Shown here piece by piece: positions 21,029-29,632 of a DNA stretch of 64,000 nucleotides. Position numbers and translations under genes: made by a program. Where the stretch lies: assembly GCA_963703315.1 (NCBI GenBank), contig OY969811.1, positions 2,688,001 through 2,752,000 of the forward strand, in the 5' to 3' direction. The stretch comes from an uncultured cyanobacterium (lineage in GTDB: Bacteria > Cyanobacteriota > Cyanobacteriia > Pseudanabaenales > Pseudanabaenaceae). Under the pieces are notes generated by a model, which saw nothing but the letters and a program-made list of their open reading frames with translations, ran no database searches and was not told the DNA's origin. Position 1 is the stretch's first letter; each line of letters starts with the position of its first letter.

Positions 21029-22540
21029 ATGCTAAGTACATTAGTCTGGTTCCCGATCGCTGGTGCGCTGGTTATCGTTTTATTAGGAGGAGTACTTGAC
21101 TCCAAACAGTTACGCAATATCTCTTTAGCAATAGCGATCGCCACCTTTGGCTGGTCATTATTTCTCATCACCAAATTTGATCTCCATCTTGCCACGATTC
21201 AATTCAGTGAATCACTAAGTTGGTTAGATCAAATTGGACTGAGTTATCGATTGGGTATCGATGGTCTGTCATTCCCCTTGGTTTTGCTAAATGGATTACT
21301 CCTCAGCATCGCTATTTACATCAGTAATGACATTCCACGCCCGAAGTTGTATTTTCCATTGCTTTTACTACTTGGCGGTGGTGTGAATGGAGCCTTTCTC
21401 GCTCAAAACTTGCTACTATTCTTCTTGTTTTTTGAAGTTGAACTAATTCCCCTTTATCTCTTAATTGCGATTTGGGGTGGTGAAAGGCGTGGCTATGCGG
21501 CAACTAAGTTTCTGATTTATACCGCTATTTCAGGGGTGTTGATTTTAGCCGCCTTTTTTGGAATGGCAGCCTTTGGCAGTGGCGATAACACTGGTTTTAC
21601 CTTTAACTATCAAGACTTAAATCTGGCAAATGTATCCAAATCCACCCAAGGAATTTTACTAGTTCTACTTCTATTAGGTTTTGGCATCAAAATTCCGATC
21701 GTGCCATTACATACATGGTTGCCCGATGCTCACGTTGAAGCTTCAACCCCTGTTTCGACCCTACTCGCAGGTGTTCTGCTCAAGCTCGGAACTTATGGAC
21801 TATTGCGCTTTGGCTTGGGGTTACTACCCGATGCATGGCAAGCGATCGCCCCTTTCCTTGCAGGTTGGGCAGTGGTCAGCGTCATCTATGGCTGCTTGAC
21901 TGCGATCACCCAAACTGACATGAAAAAAATGGTTGCCTATAGCTCTGTCGGTCACATGGGTTATATTCTCTTAGCCCTAGCTGCTGCGACACCCCTTTCC
22001 CTATTGGGTGCAACCTTTCAAATGGTTAGTCATGGTCTGATTTCAGCCTTATTATTCATTTTGGTTGGCATTGTTTACAAAAAAACAGGAACCCGCAATC
22101 TCAATGCGCTCAATGGTTTGCTCAATCCTGAACGAGGCTTACCGATTACAGGTTCGATGATGATTTTGGCAGCAATGGCAAGTGCTGGGACTCCCGGCAT
22201 GGTGGGCTTTATTGCGGAGTTTGTGATCTTTCGTAGCAGTTTTGCAGTTTTCCCAATCCAGACACTGCTTTGTATGATTGGCACTGGCTTGACTGCGGTG
22301 TATTTCCTGATCATGATCGATCGCGTATTCTTTGGTCGCCTATCTGTAGAGAAAGCTGGTAGCCCAGAACCAATTCAGACTTTTCCTTTTGCCAAATGGC
22401 AAGAAAAATCTCCTGCGATCATTCTGGCGCTGATTATCATTTTCTTTGGTTTGCTACCTAACTTTGCGACCAAGATGATGGAGAGATCTGTACAGGCGCT
22501 CGCCCCAAATCGCACTTACATCAGTCAAATAATTAATTGA
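21029..22540 (+). CDS. ndhD4: NDH-1 subunit D of the CO2-uptake complex (probably NdhD4)
   Basis: PLHTWLPDAHVEA, QTDMKKMVAYSS, GLLNPERGLP. Confidence 0.8.
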   Translation: MLSTLVWFPIAGALVIVLLGGVLDSKQLRNISLAIAIATFGWSLFLITKFDLHLATIQFSESLSWLDQIGLSYRLGIDGLSFPLVLLNGLLLSIAIYISNDIPRPKLYFPLLLLLGGGVNGAFLAQNLLLFFLFFEVELIPLYLLIAIWGGERRGYAATKFLIYTAISGVLILAAFFGMAAFGSGDNTGFTFNYQDLNLANVSKSTQGILLVLLLLGFGIKIPIVPLHTWLPDAHVEASTPVSTLLAGVLLKLGTYGLLRFGLGLLPDAWQAIAPFLAGWAVVSVIYGCLTAITQTDMKKMVAYSSVGHMGYILLALAAATPLSLLGATFQMVSHGLISALLFILVGIVYKKTGTRNLNALNGLLNPERGLPITGSMMILAAMASAGTPGMVGFIAEFVIFRSSFAVFPIQTLLCMIGTGLTAVYFLIMIDRVFFGRLSVEKAGSPEPIQTFPFAKWQEKSPAIILALIIIFFGLLPNFATKMMERSVQALAPNRTYISQIIN

Positions 22541-22587
22541 CACAAAAAAAGGAGGATGGGCTTTGCCCATCCTCCTTTTTTTGTGTC
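22539..22587. terminator. Bidirectional terminator
   Basis: A-run, GGAGGATGGGC-TTT-GCCCATCCTCC, T-run between convergent ndhD and desA. Confidence 0.8.
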
Positions 22588-22589
22588 GA

Positions 22590-23630
22590 TTAAGCTGCTT
22601 TGTTAGCGGCATCTACTTCAGCAAAAGATTTGTAACACTTCTCAGCATCGTAAATATGGCAGCGATCGCCGATATCCTTCATCAATTCCCAAGAGAACTT
22701 AGTTTTGTACATATACTGCCCCCAATTCTCATCAAGAGACTTATGCGCTAAACGTAAATTATAGGAAGGAATACCCGTAGAAACGTGATGAGGAACATGG
22801 ACATTAATATCGTGACACAGCCATTCTATCCAAGCAGGATAGTCGCAATGTACGGTTCCAGTTAGCTGATCGGTCGCTGCGTGCCATTTGTCCTGATCTT
22901 TAAATTGAATATCAGGCATTGTGTGGTGAACGATCGTGAAGGTACTCATCCAGAAATGATAGACCAACCAAGGCATCAGGAAGAAATTAACAAATCCTAA
23001 GAAACCTGTGGTGTAAATCAAAGCTGGTAAAGCGATCGCCGCGAAAACAATCACTAAGCGATAGGAAAACTTAACTTGCTCTTGCTGACGCTCAGGATAG
23101 AGACTGGCATCAAAGTGTAAATTTGCCCAGTGAATAATCGAACCAATCCACCAGAAACGGGTGCGGATCAGACGATATACACCAGAAATCAAACCTTTGC
23201 CTTGCTCATATTCTTCAACAGTGAAAGGATACCAAGCATTATCTTCACCCATTTTATTGGTATGGAGGTGATGGTGATCATGCTTGAAGCGCCAGCAATG
23301 AAAAGGATAGAGCAAAGGTAAGAAAGCGATATGTCCGACTAGATCGTTAATCCAATTCTTGTTAGAAAAGGAGCGATGACCGCAGTCATGACCGATTACA
23401 AACCAACCTGTGAGGGCAGTACCTGTAAAAAACCAAGCAAAAGGCAATAAATACCAAGGAGAAAATGCGATCGCTGCGTAACCCAGTGCGGCGGCGGTTA
23501 CAGACAATAAAACACCCAACCAAGCCTTGAGAGGCTTTTTCTCAAAGTATTCAGAAGGGATAGTTTTGATAATGTCGCGGAGGCTAGTCTCAGGGGTAAG
23601 AGTGTGTGAGGAGTTTTGTATGGCAACCAC
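22590..23630 (-). CDS. desA: Delta-12 acyl-lipid desaturase
   Basis: His boxes [26 protein letters not shown]. Confidence 0.9.
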   Translation of the reverse strand: MVAIQNSSHTLTPETSLRDIIKTIPSEYFEKKPLKAWLGVLLSVTAAALGYAAIAFSPWYLLPFAWFFTGTALTGWFVIGHDCGHRSFSNKNWINDLVGHIAFLPLLYPFHCWRFKHDHHHLHTNKMGEDNAWYPFTVEEYEQGKGLISGVYRLIRTRFWWIGSIIHWANLHFDASLYPERQQEQVKFSYRLVIVFAAIALPALIYTTGFLGFVNFFLMPWLVYHFWMSTFTIVHHTMPDIQFKDQDKWHAATDQLTGTVHCDYPAWIEWLCHDINVHVPHHVSTGIPSYNLRLAHKSLDENWGQYMYKTKFSWELMKDIGDRCHIYDAEKCYKSFAEVDAANKAA

Positions 23631-23812
23631 TACTGAGCACTCCCTGCGGTGGTCAAACGTTGACGGCTCAAGCTTTGCAATTGCTGGAAAAGAACATCAA
23701 TATCAGATTGTAATTCCGCTAGTTCAGCTTGCACTTCTTCGGAATATAACTTTTTCGCGGTTACGTTCAATGTAGAAATCTCTTTGGTTGGGGCTTCAGT
23801 TTGTTTGCTCAT
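23630..23812 (-). CDS. Small hypothetical protein upstream of desA
   Basis: 60 aa, RBS (AAGGAAG) upstream, stop overlaps the desA start. Confidence 0.6.
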   Translation of the reverse strand: MSKQTEAPTKEISTLNVTAKKLYSEEVQAELAELQSDIDVLFQQLQSLSRQRLTTAGSAQ

Positions 23813-24056
23813 ACTTCCTTTTAAAACGCTTTTAAAACGTTGCGATCACACCACAAAAATATTTATGGAACAGATTCTAGCGTATGTGATGTGTATTTTT
23901 GTATACCCATAAACATATCTAATAAGTAATTATACGGATTAAGTGTAATTTTAACTGTCATTTGCACCACATTAACTACGCAGACAGGGGTAATAAACTC
24001 GTTGTTCCTAGATGTTTCGCAAATCTTGAAAGTTTTTAAGTTTAGTTTTATATAGC

Positions 24057-24111
24057 AAAACCCAAGAAGTGAGTTGCGGCGCGAAGCGCCGCAACTCACT
24101 TCTTGGGTTTT
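24057..24111. repeat. Intergenic long-hairpin repeat (26-bp stem, GAA loop)
   Basis: Perfect inverted repeat around GCGGCGC-GAA-GCGCCGC. Confidence 0.85.
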
Positions 24112-24166
24112 ATGTCCTAAGCAAAGCTTGAATTGCTTCATCTAAGTAGGTTGCGCCGCAACCTGC

Positions 24167-24586
24167 TTAGTATTTAGTACCAAGAGGTGTGTCAGCAAAG
24201 AGGATAGGGGCGATCGCGGCGGCTGATCCTAAACGATCATCTTGATATTCTTCGAGGCTATAGTACTGATCCATGCGATCGCATAGCCCTTCTGGACTCA
24301 GGCTTTGGATATTGTGACTAATAATATAGCTTTGAGCCGCAGAGCCACGGAAGGCTGCAAATGCTTCTTGACAATAGGCTTGCTTAGAATCATTGGAGGC
24401 GGTGATCCAATCTGAGCCATGCATATTTCCACTGAGAATTGGCTGACCATGAGCAGGGATCACAGGGTGACGTTCGGCAGCGATCGCTTGATTTGGTGCA
24501 GTGAATAGAGCTACAAGCGTCACAATAACTAAACAAAAGCCTATTAGAGTCCGAAAACGAAAAATTTGGCTCATAGATTTGTTCAT
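24167..24586 (-). CDS. Secreted or periplasmic hypothetical protein
   Basis: Signal-peptide-like N-terminus (AIAA); two Cys in the mature part. Confidence 0.65.
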   Translation of the reverse strand: MNKSMSQIFRFRTLIGFCLVIVTLVALFTAPNQAIAAERHPVIPAHGQPILSGNMHGSDWITASNDSKQAYCQEAFAAFRGSAAQSYIISHNIQSLSPEGLCDRMDQYYSLEEYQDDRLGSAAAIAPILFADTPLGTKY

Positions 24587-24818
24587 TGTTCACATAAAAA
24601 GTGCTTAAAGTCGTTAAGGTTTGATAACATTTTCTGATTAATCGCACCAAACATATCAAAATAGTAATCGAAATAATACTGAATAGGTTGTATAGTCTAA
24701 ATTCTGGGGGTTGTTTAGATTTTTTTTAATCCCCAAACGATCAAGGTTTCGTTCAACATCTGTTGTTTACGATACAGAAAGGTTACTCTTCATATCCACT
24801 AAATTTTCAGCCCGCCCA

Positions 24819-25088
24819 ATGTCCGAACATTATCTAAATCATCCTACCTTTGGCTTGCTATCTCGCCTGTGCCAAGTAGATGAGTTTCGTAGTTTGTTCA
24901 CAACTCTCTACGCACAAAGGTTATTTTTCTTGATCACTACCTCGCCTGATGGTGTTCAGTTTGATCCCGTCTCGCGAGCAGATGCTAAGCTAATGGTCGA
25001 AAATCAGATGCGATCGCTGCGGCGTTCTGGCTCTGACGACGACCAAAAAAATTTACAACATATCCATAAGCGAACTTTTTCTCAATGA
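24819..25088 (+). CDS. pipX: PII/NtcA-interacting protein PipX
   Basis: MSE.YLNHPTFGLL...LF.TLYAQRLFF; start at ATG 24819. Confidence 0.92.
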   Translation: MSEHYLNHPTFGLLSRLCQVDEFRSLFTTLYAQRLFFLITTSPDGVQFDPVSRADAKLMVENQMRSLRRSGSDDDQKNLQHIHKRTFSQ

Positions 25089-25993
25089 CCTCGCATATTT
25101 CTCTTAAGGCGGCGGCAAAAATTAATCTCTATTTAGAGATCACAGGTAATCGTCCTGATGGTTATCACAATCTGGCGATGATCTTGCAGAGCATTGATCT
25201 ATGCGATCGCGTGGATATTCGGAAAATTGGTACAGATGAAATTAAAGTGCATTGTACGAATCCTGAAGTACCTTGTGATCACACAAATCTTGCTTACAAA
25301 GCTGCTGCATTAATGCAGAATGCCTATCCAGATATCGGGGGACTAGAAATTGCACTCGACAAGCAAATTCCGATGGGTGCTGGTTTAGCTGGCGGATCTG
25401 CCAATGCAGCAGCAGTTTTAGTGGGGATTGATCGCCTTTGGGAGCTAGGACTTACGCAATCACAACTTTGTGAATTTGCGGCACTATTAGGCTCAGATAT
25501 TCCGTTTTGCGTTACTGGCGGTACGGCTCTAGCCACAGGTCGGGGTGAGATTCTCTCGCCTTTGCCAGACCTAAAGGATATGGTATTAGTCATTTGTAAG
25601 CCGCGTCAGGTGGCGATCGCGACGGCATGGGCATATCAAACTTTTAGGGCGCAAGGTTTACTCGCAACCAGCAGAATTAAGGATCAAAATCTATCTAGCC
25701 AGATGGTTGCCGCGATCGCTTCTGGTGGAGAATCTGCTGCTACTAAAATTGGACGATTGCTTTATAACGATCTAGAGCGAGTAGTTTTACCCGAATATCC
25801 TGTGATCGCTGATCTCAAAAATAAATTACTGGATCAAGAATGTCTTGGTGCAATGATGTCAGGTTCGGGATCAACGGTATTTGCGATCGCCGCCGATCTT
25901 GATCGCGCCCATAAAATTGCTGAAGCCGTCAAAACTGATGAGATCGATATATGGGTAGTGAAGAGCTTAGTAAGATCGATCTTTGATGCTTAG
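25085..25993 (+). CDS. ispE: 4-diphosphocytidyl-2-C-methyl-D-erythritol kinase
   Basis: AKINLYLEI.G.RPDGYH, IPMGAGLAGGS, MSGSGST. Confidence 0.96.
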   Translation: MTSHISLKAAAKINLYLEITGNRPDGYHNLAMILQSIDLCDRVDIRKIGTDEIKVHCTNPEVPCDHTNLAYKAAALMQNAYPDIGGLEIALDKQIPMGAGLAGGSANAAAVLVGIDRLWELGLTQSQLCEFAALLGSDIPFCVTGGTALATGRGEILSPLPDLKDMVLVICKPRQVAIATAWAYQTFRAQGLLATSRIKDQNLSSQMVAAIASGGESAATKIGRLLYNDLERVVLPEYPVIADLKNKLLDQECLGAMMSGSGSTVFAIAADLDRAHKIAEAVKTDEIDIWVVKSLVRSIFDA

Positions 25994-26029
25994 ACATCGT
26001 AGAAAAAGGGTCTTAGGGACGTGCAGTGA

Positions 26030-26092
26030 AATCAAGGAACCAGTTTTTTGTGGCGCGGCTACGCCGCGCCACAAAAAACTGGTTCCTTGATT
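26030..26092. repeat. Intergenic long-hairpin repeat (30-bp stem, TAC loop)
   Basis: Perfect inverted repeat. Confidence 0.85.
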
Positions 26093-26178
26093 AAGGATTT
26101 TCAAATTTTAGTTTTGGGATTAAGGTTAAAGTGGAGTCAAGCTCACACTTTACAACCTTAAAATCAATCTGCTCTGCT

Positions 26179-26781
26179 ATGTCCTACGATACTCCGCGCA
26201 TTGCCAAAGTCCACCGTAAAACTGGCGAAACCGATGTCACTGTGATGCTAAATCTTGATGGCACAGGTAAAGGCAATATCAATACAGGTATTCCTTTTCT
26301 CGATCATATGCTGCATCAGATTTGCTCTCATGGCTTAATCGATCTTGATGTCCAAGCCACAGGTGACTTGCATATCGATGACCACCACACCAACGAGGAT
26401 GTGGGAATTGTATTAGGACAAGCGCTCGGACAAGCATTAGGCGATCGCAAAGGGATTAACCGCTTTGGTCATTTTGTTGCACCTCTTGATGAGGCTTTGG
26501 TACAGGTTGCCCTTGATTTTTCTGGTCGTCCCTATTTAGTCTATGGATTAGTCATTCCCAATCAAAGGGTAGGAACTTACGATACAGAATTGGTGAAAGA
26601 GTTTTTCCAAGCTGTCGTCAATCATGCCCAGATGACTTTGCATATCAGGCTTTTAGAAAGCGGTAATTCTCACCACATTATTGAAGCAGGATTTAAAGCT
26701 TTTGCCCGCGCCATCAAGATGGCGATCGAAGTTGATCCACGCCGTGCCAGCGTGATTCCTAGCTCTAAAGGTGTTTTATAG
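26179..26781 (+). CDS. hisB: Imidazoleglycerol-phosphate dehydratase
   Basis: [34 protein letters not shown]. Confidence 0.96.
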   Translation: MSYDTPRIAKVHRKTGETDVTVMLNLDGTGKGNINTGIPFLDHMLHQICSHGLIDLDVQATGDLHIDDHHTNEDVGIVLGQALGQALGDRKGINRFGHFVAPLDEALVQVALDFSGRPYLVYGLVIPNQRVGTYDTELVKEFFQAVVNHAQMTLHIRLLESGNSHHIIEAGFKAFARAIKMAIEVDPRRASVIPSSKGVL

Positions 26782-26899
26782 ATAAAAATGGTGCAAAGCG
26801 CCATTTTTATCCATTTGGGAATGGTGTTTTATGTTAGTGTCAGGAATTATTCGTGTTTACGATGATCTTGATGTAGATACTGTCTTGAGTACCAAAAAG

Positions 26900-27886
26900 T
26901 CAAGAGGGAATTTGAACAAAATTTGGGTCGAAAGAACGCTGAGACTTGAGAACGCCAAAGACCTGTCGTAACAGCTTGTGCATGACAGCCCCAATGACAG
27001 ACATTTTGGACTTACCCTTAGCCGTAAGGCGAGCGCAGAAAGCAGCAATCGGCAAATTATAACGACGGGCAACAATCGCAGGCATAAACAAAGCTTTACG
27101 CAAACGCGAATTACCAATTTTAGATAAACGTGGCTTACCATGAATCGAAGAACCAGATGAGAACTCACGGGGAGTTAAACCCGCAAAAGCTGCCAGTTGA
27201 TCAGCAGTATCAAAGGCAGAAATATCCCGAATTTCCGCCAGTAATATAGTTGCGGTCAGTTCAGCAATACCAGGAATAGAAGTCAACAAATCCCGTTGAG
27301 ATTTCAAATGAGGGTGTTGATCAAAGTGCTGACGGATCAATTTTTTGGTCATCTCAATTTGCTCTTTGAGAAAATCAATGTGAGCATTAATTGCCTCAAC
27401 CAAAATTGGATCAGCCGTAGCAAGACGATTCTGCTCTTGCTGCTGCATAGCAGTTAAGCTATCTAAACGATGCACCAATGCTTGTAGTTGCTCAATTTCT
27501 AATGCTGGTGGTGTCCAAAGAGCAGGTTTTAAGGCTGCACAAAATCTAGCAATGACTTTAGCATCAGCACGGTCAGTCTTTGTACGACTTAACTCACTCT
27601 TGCCAAAGGCTTTGGGACGGGATGGATTAACAATACTTACTTTGTATCCTGCCTCTACTAAGAATCTAGCTAACCCATTGCCGTAAGTGCTGGTAGCTTC
27701 CATACAACTATGCAAGTTTGTCACATTTTGAAGGTTTAGCCATTCTTGTAATTCAGCAAATCCTTCAGGATTGTTGGCAAATACTTTGCTCTTGATTTTG
27801 GCGTTGCCTTGGATTAGAGCAACATCAAATTTGGCTTTGCTGATATCTATTCCTAAAACATCATATACTTCATTGTTATTGTTCAT
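26900..27886 (-). CDS. IS110 DEDD recombinase/transposase
   Basis: GIDISK, MEAT, KTDRADA, SIPGI, GL.P....SGSS motifs. Confidence 0.95.
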   Translation of the reverse strand: MNNNNEVYDVLGIDISKAKFDVALIQGNAKIKSKVFANNPEGFAELQEWLNLQNVTNLHSCMEATSTYGNGLARFLVEAGYKVSIVNPSRPKAFGKSELSRTKTDRADAKVIARFCAALKPALWTPPALEIEQLQALVHRLDSLTAMQQQEQNRLATADPILVEAINAHIDFLKEQIEMTKKLIRQHFDQHPHLKSQRDLLTSIPGIAELTATILLAEIRDISAFDTADQLAAFAGLTPREFSSGSSIHGKPRLSKIGNSRLRKALFMPAIVARRYNLPIAAFCARLTAKGKSKMSVIGAVMHKLLRQVFGVLKSQRSFDPNFVQIPS

Positions 27887-27926
27887 TGGGGGGCAGTCCT
27901 CTTGCTAGATTTGTCCATCAAGCAAT

Positions 27927-28120
27927 CAGTGGTATTGAACTATCCTTGTGAATGCAGGTTTACCCGTTGGGCGACCTCTGATACTGTCCAGTCTTTACTT
28001 GTTTCCACTGTTTAAGCAGAGACGACTCTATCTACAAAACGGGCTTGGTGTCCCTAGGGGCAGATCGAGTTTATCTCTGCTTTTGCTTTTTCGGATTGTA
28101 GTAAAGATTTTATCCTTTAC
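27927..28120 (-). ncRNA. Predicted bridge RNA, IS110 copy 1
   Basis: Reverse complement of 28331-28524 with one substitution (28066); ends approximate. Confidence 0.75.
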
Positions 28121-28139
28121 TTTTCCTCCTAGATACAAG

Positions 28140-28311
28140 GGGCAGAGCATTCCCACAGAAATTCATGGATTTTGAGATTGTTTTAATTTGGGAATGCTCT
28201 GCCCTAAACCCGCAACGCAGGGACAATTTATCGATGAAAGCGAAGAGGGTAGAGCATTTGCGTTTCGAGATGATGGATGAGTATCAAAATCTTGGCGCAA
28301 ATGCTCTACCC
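28140..28311. repeat. REP/REPIN-like doublet targeted at both outer ends by IS110
   Basis: Two inverted pairs GGGCAGAGCATTCCC/GGGAATGCTCTGCCC and GGGTAGAGCATTTGCG/CGCAAATGCTCTACCC; removing the ISs restores GTAG...CTAC termini. Confidence 0.8.
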
Positions 28312-28330
28312 CTTGTATCTAGGAGGAAAA

Positions 28331-28524
28331 GTAAAGGATAAAATCTTTACTACAATCCGAAAAAGCAAAAGCAGAGATAAACTCAATCTGCCCCTAGGGA
28401 CACCAAGCCCGTTTTGTAGATAGAGTCGTCTCTGCTTAAACAGTGGAAACAAGTAAAGACTGGACAGTATCAGAGGTCGCCCAACGGGTAAACCTGCATT
28501 CACAAGGATAGTTCAATACCACTG
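28331..28524 (+). ncRNA. Predicted bridge RNA, IS110 copy 2
   Basis: 5' hairpin 28331-50; target-binding loop with TCTGCCCCT (28387-95) and TGTAG (28415-19); donor-binding loop with ACAGTATC (28464-71) and ACAAG (28502-06); ends approximate. Confidence 0.8.
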
Positions 28525-28563
28525 ATTGCTTGATGGACAAATCTAGCAAGAGGACTGCCCCCA

Positions 28564-29550
28564 ATGAACAATAACAATGAAGTATATGATGTTTTAGGAA
28601 TAGATATCAGCAAAGCCAAATTTGATGTTGCTCTAATCCAAGGCAACGCCAAAATCAAGAGCAAAGTATTTGCCAACAATCCTGAAGGATTTGCTGAATT
28701 ACAAGAATGGCTAAACCTTCAAAATGTGACAAACTTGCATAGTTGTATGGAAGCTACCAGCACTTACGGCAATGGGTTAGCTAGATTCTTAGTAGAGGCA
28801 GGATACAAAGTAAGTATTGTTAATCCATCCCGTCCCAAAGCCTTTGGCAAGAGTGAGTTAAGTCGTACAAAGACTGACCGTGCTGATGCTAAAGTCATTG
28901 CTAGATTTTGTGCAGCCTTAAAACCTGCTCTTTGGACACCACCAGCATTAGAAATTGAGCAACTACAAGCATTGGTGCATCGTTTAGATAGCTTAACTGC
29001 TATGCAGCAGCAAGAGCAGAATCGTCTTGCTACGGCTGATCCAATTTTGGTTGAGGCAATTAATGCTCACATTGATTTTCTCAAAGAGCAAATTGAGATG
29101 ACCAAAAAATTGATCCGTCAGCACTTTGATCAACACCCTCATTTGAAATCTCAACGGGATTTGTTGACTTCTATTCCTGGTATTGCTGAACTGACCGCAA
29201 CTATATTACTGGCGGAAATTCGGGATATTTCTGCCTTTGATACTGCTGATCAACTGGCAGCTTTTGCGGGTTTAACTCCCCGTGAGTTCTCATCTGGTTC
29301 TTCGATTCATGGTAAGCCACGTTTATCTAAAATTGGTAATTCGCGTTTGCGTAAAGCTTTGTTTATGCCTGCGATTGTTGCCCGTCGTTATAATTTGCCG
29401 ATTGCTGCTTTCTGCGCTCGCCTTACGGCTAAGGGTAAGTCCAAAATGTCTGTCATTGGGGCTGTCATGCACAAGCTGTTACGACAGGTCTTTGGCGTTC
29501 TCAAGTCTCAGCGTTCTTTCGACCCAAATTTTGTTCAAATTCCCTCTTGA
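28564..29550 (+). CDS. IS110 DEDD recombinase/transposase
   Basis: Protein identical to copy 1. Confidence 0.95.
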   Translation: MNNNNEVYDVLGIDISKAKFDVALIQGNAKIKSKVFANNPEGFAELQEWLNLQNVTNLHSCMEATSTYGNGLARFLVEAGYKVSIVNPSRPKAFGKSELSRTKTDRADAKVIARFCAALKPALWTPPALEIEQLQALVHRLDSLTAMQQQEQNRLATADPILVEAINAHIDFLKEQIEMTKKLIRQHFDQHPHLKSQRDLLTSIPGIAELTATILLAEIRDISAFDTADQLAAFAGLTPREFSSGSSIHGKPRLSKIGNSRLRKALFMPAIVARRYNLPIAAFCARLTAKGKSKMSVIGAVMHKLLRQVFGVLKSQRSFDPNFVQIPS

Positions 29551-29632
29551 CTTTTTGGTACTCAAGACAGTATCTACAAGTTCGTTGTTGTAAATCGTTA
29601 AGAGTGCTTTGCGCCGCCTTTATTTCAGAATT

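Larger units (their letters stand above)
26875..28139 (-). mobile_element. IS110-family (IS621-like) element, copy 1
   Basis: Near-identical inverted copy of 28312-29575; CT core at both ends (26875-76, 28138-39); no terminal IRs. Confidence 0.93.
28312..29575 (+). mobile_element. IS110-family (IS621-like) element, copy 2
   Basis: Left end CT|TGTATCT..., right end ...ACAGTAT|CT; 252-bp non-coding left end. Confidence 0.93.

Noticed and set aside
19125..22540. Missing cupB after ndhF4-ndhD4
   Set aside because: cupB is unlinked in various cyanobacteria; cannot be judged from this window
27948..28503. ORFs 27948-28175 (+) and 28306-28503 (-)
   Set aside because: Antisense to the IS110 non-coding ends; duplicated only because the IS is duplicated
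26875..29575. Composite transposon carrying cargo
   Set aside because: The centre is 172 bp of non-coding repeat, and each copy has its own guide-matching target
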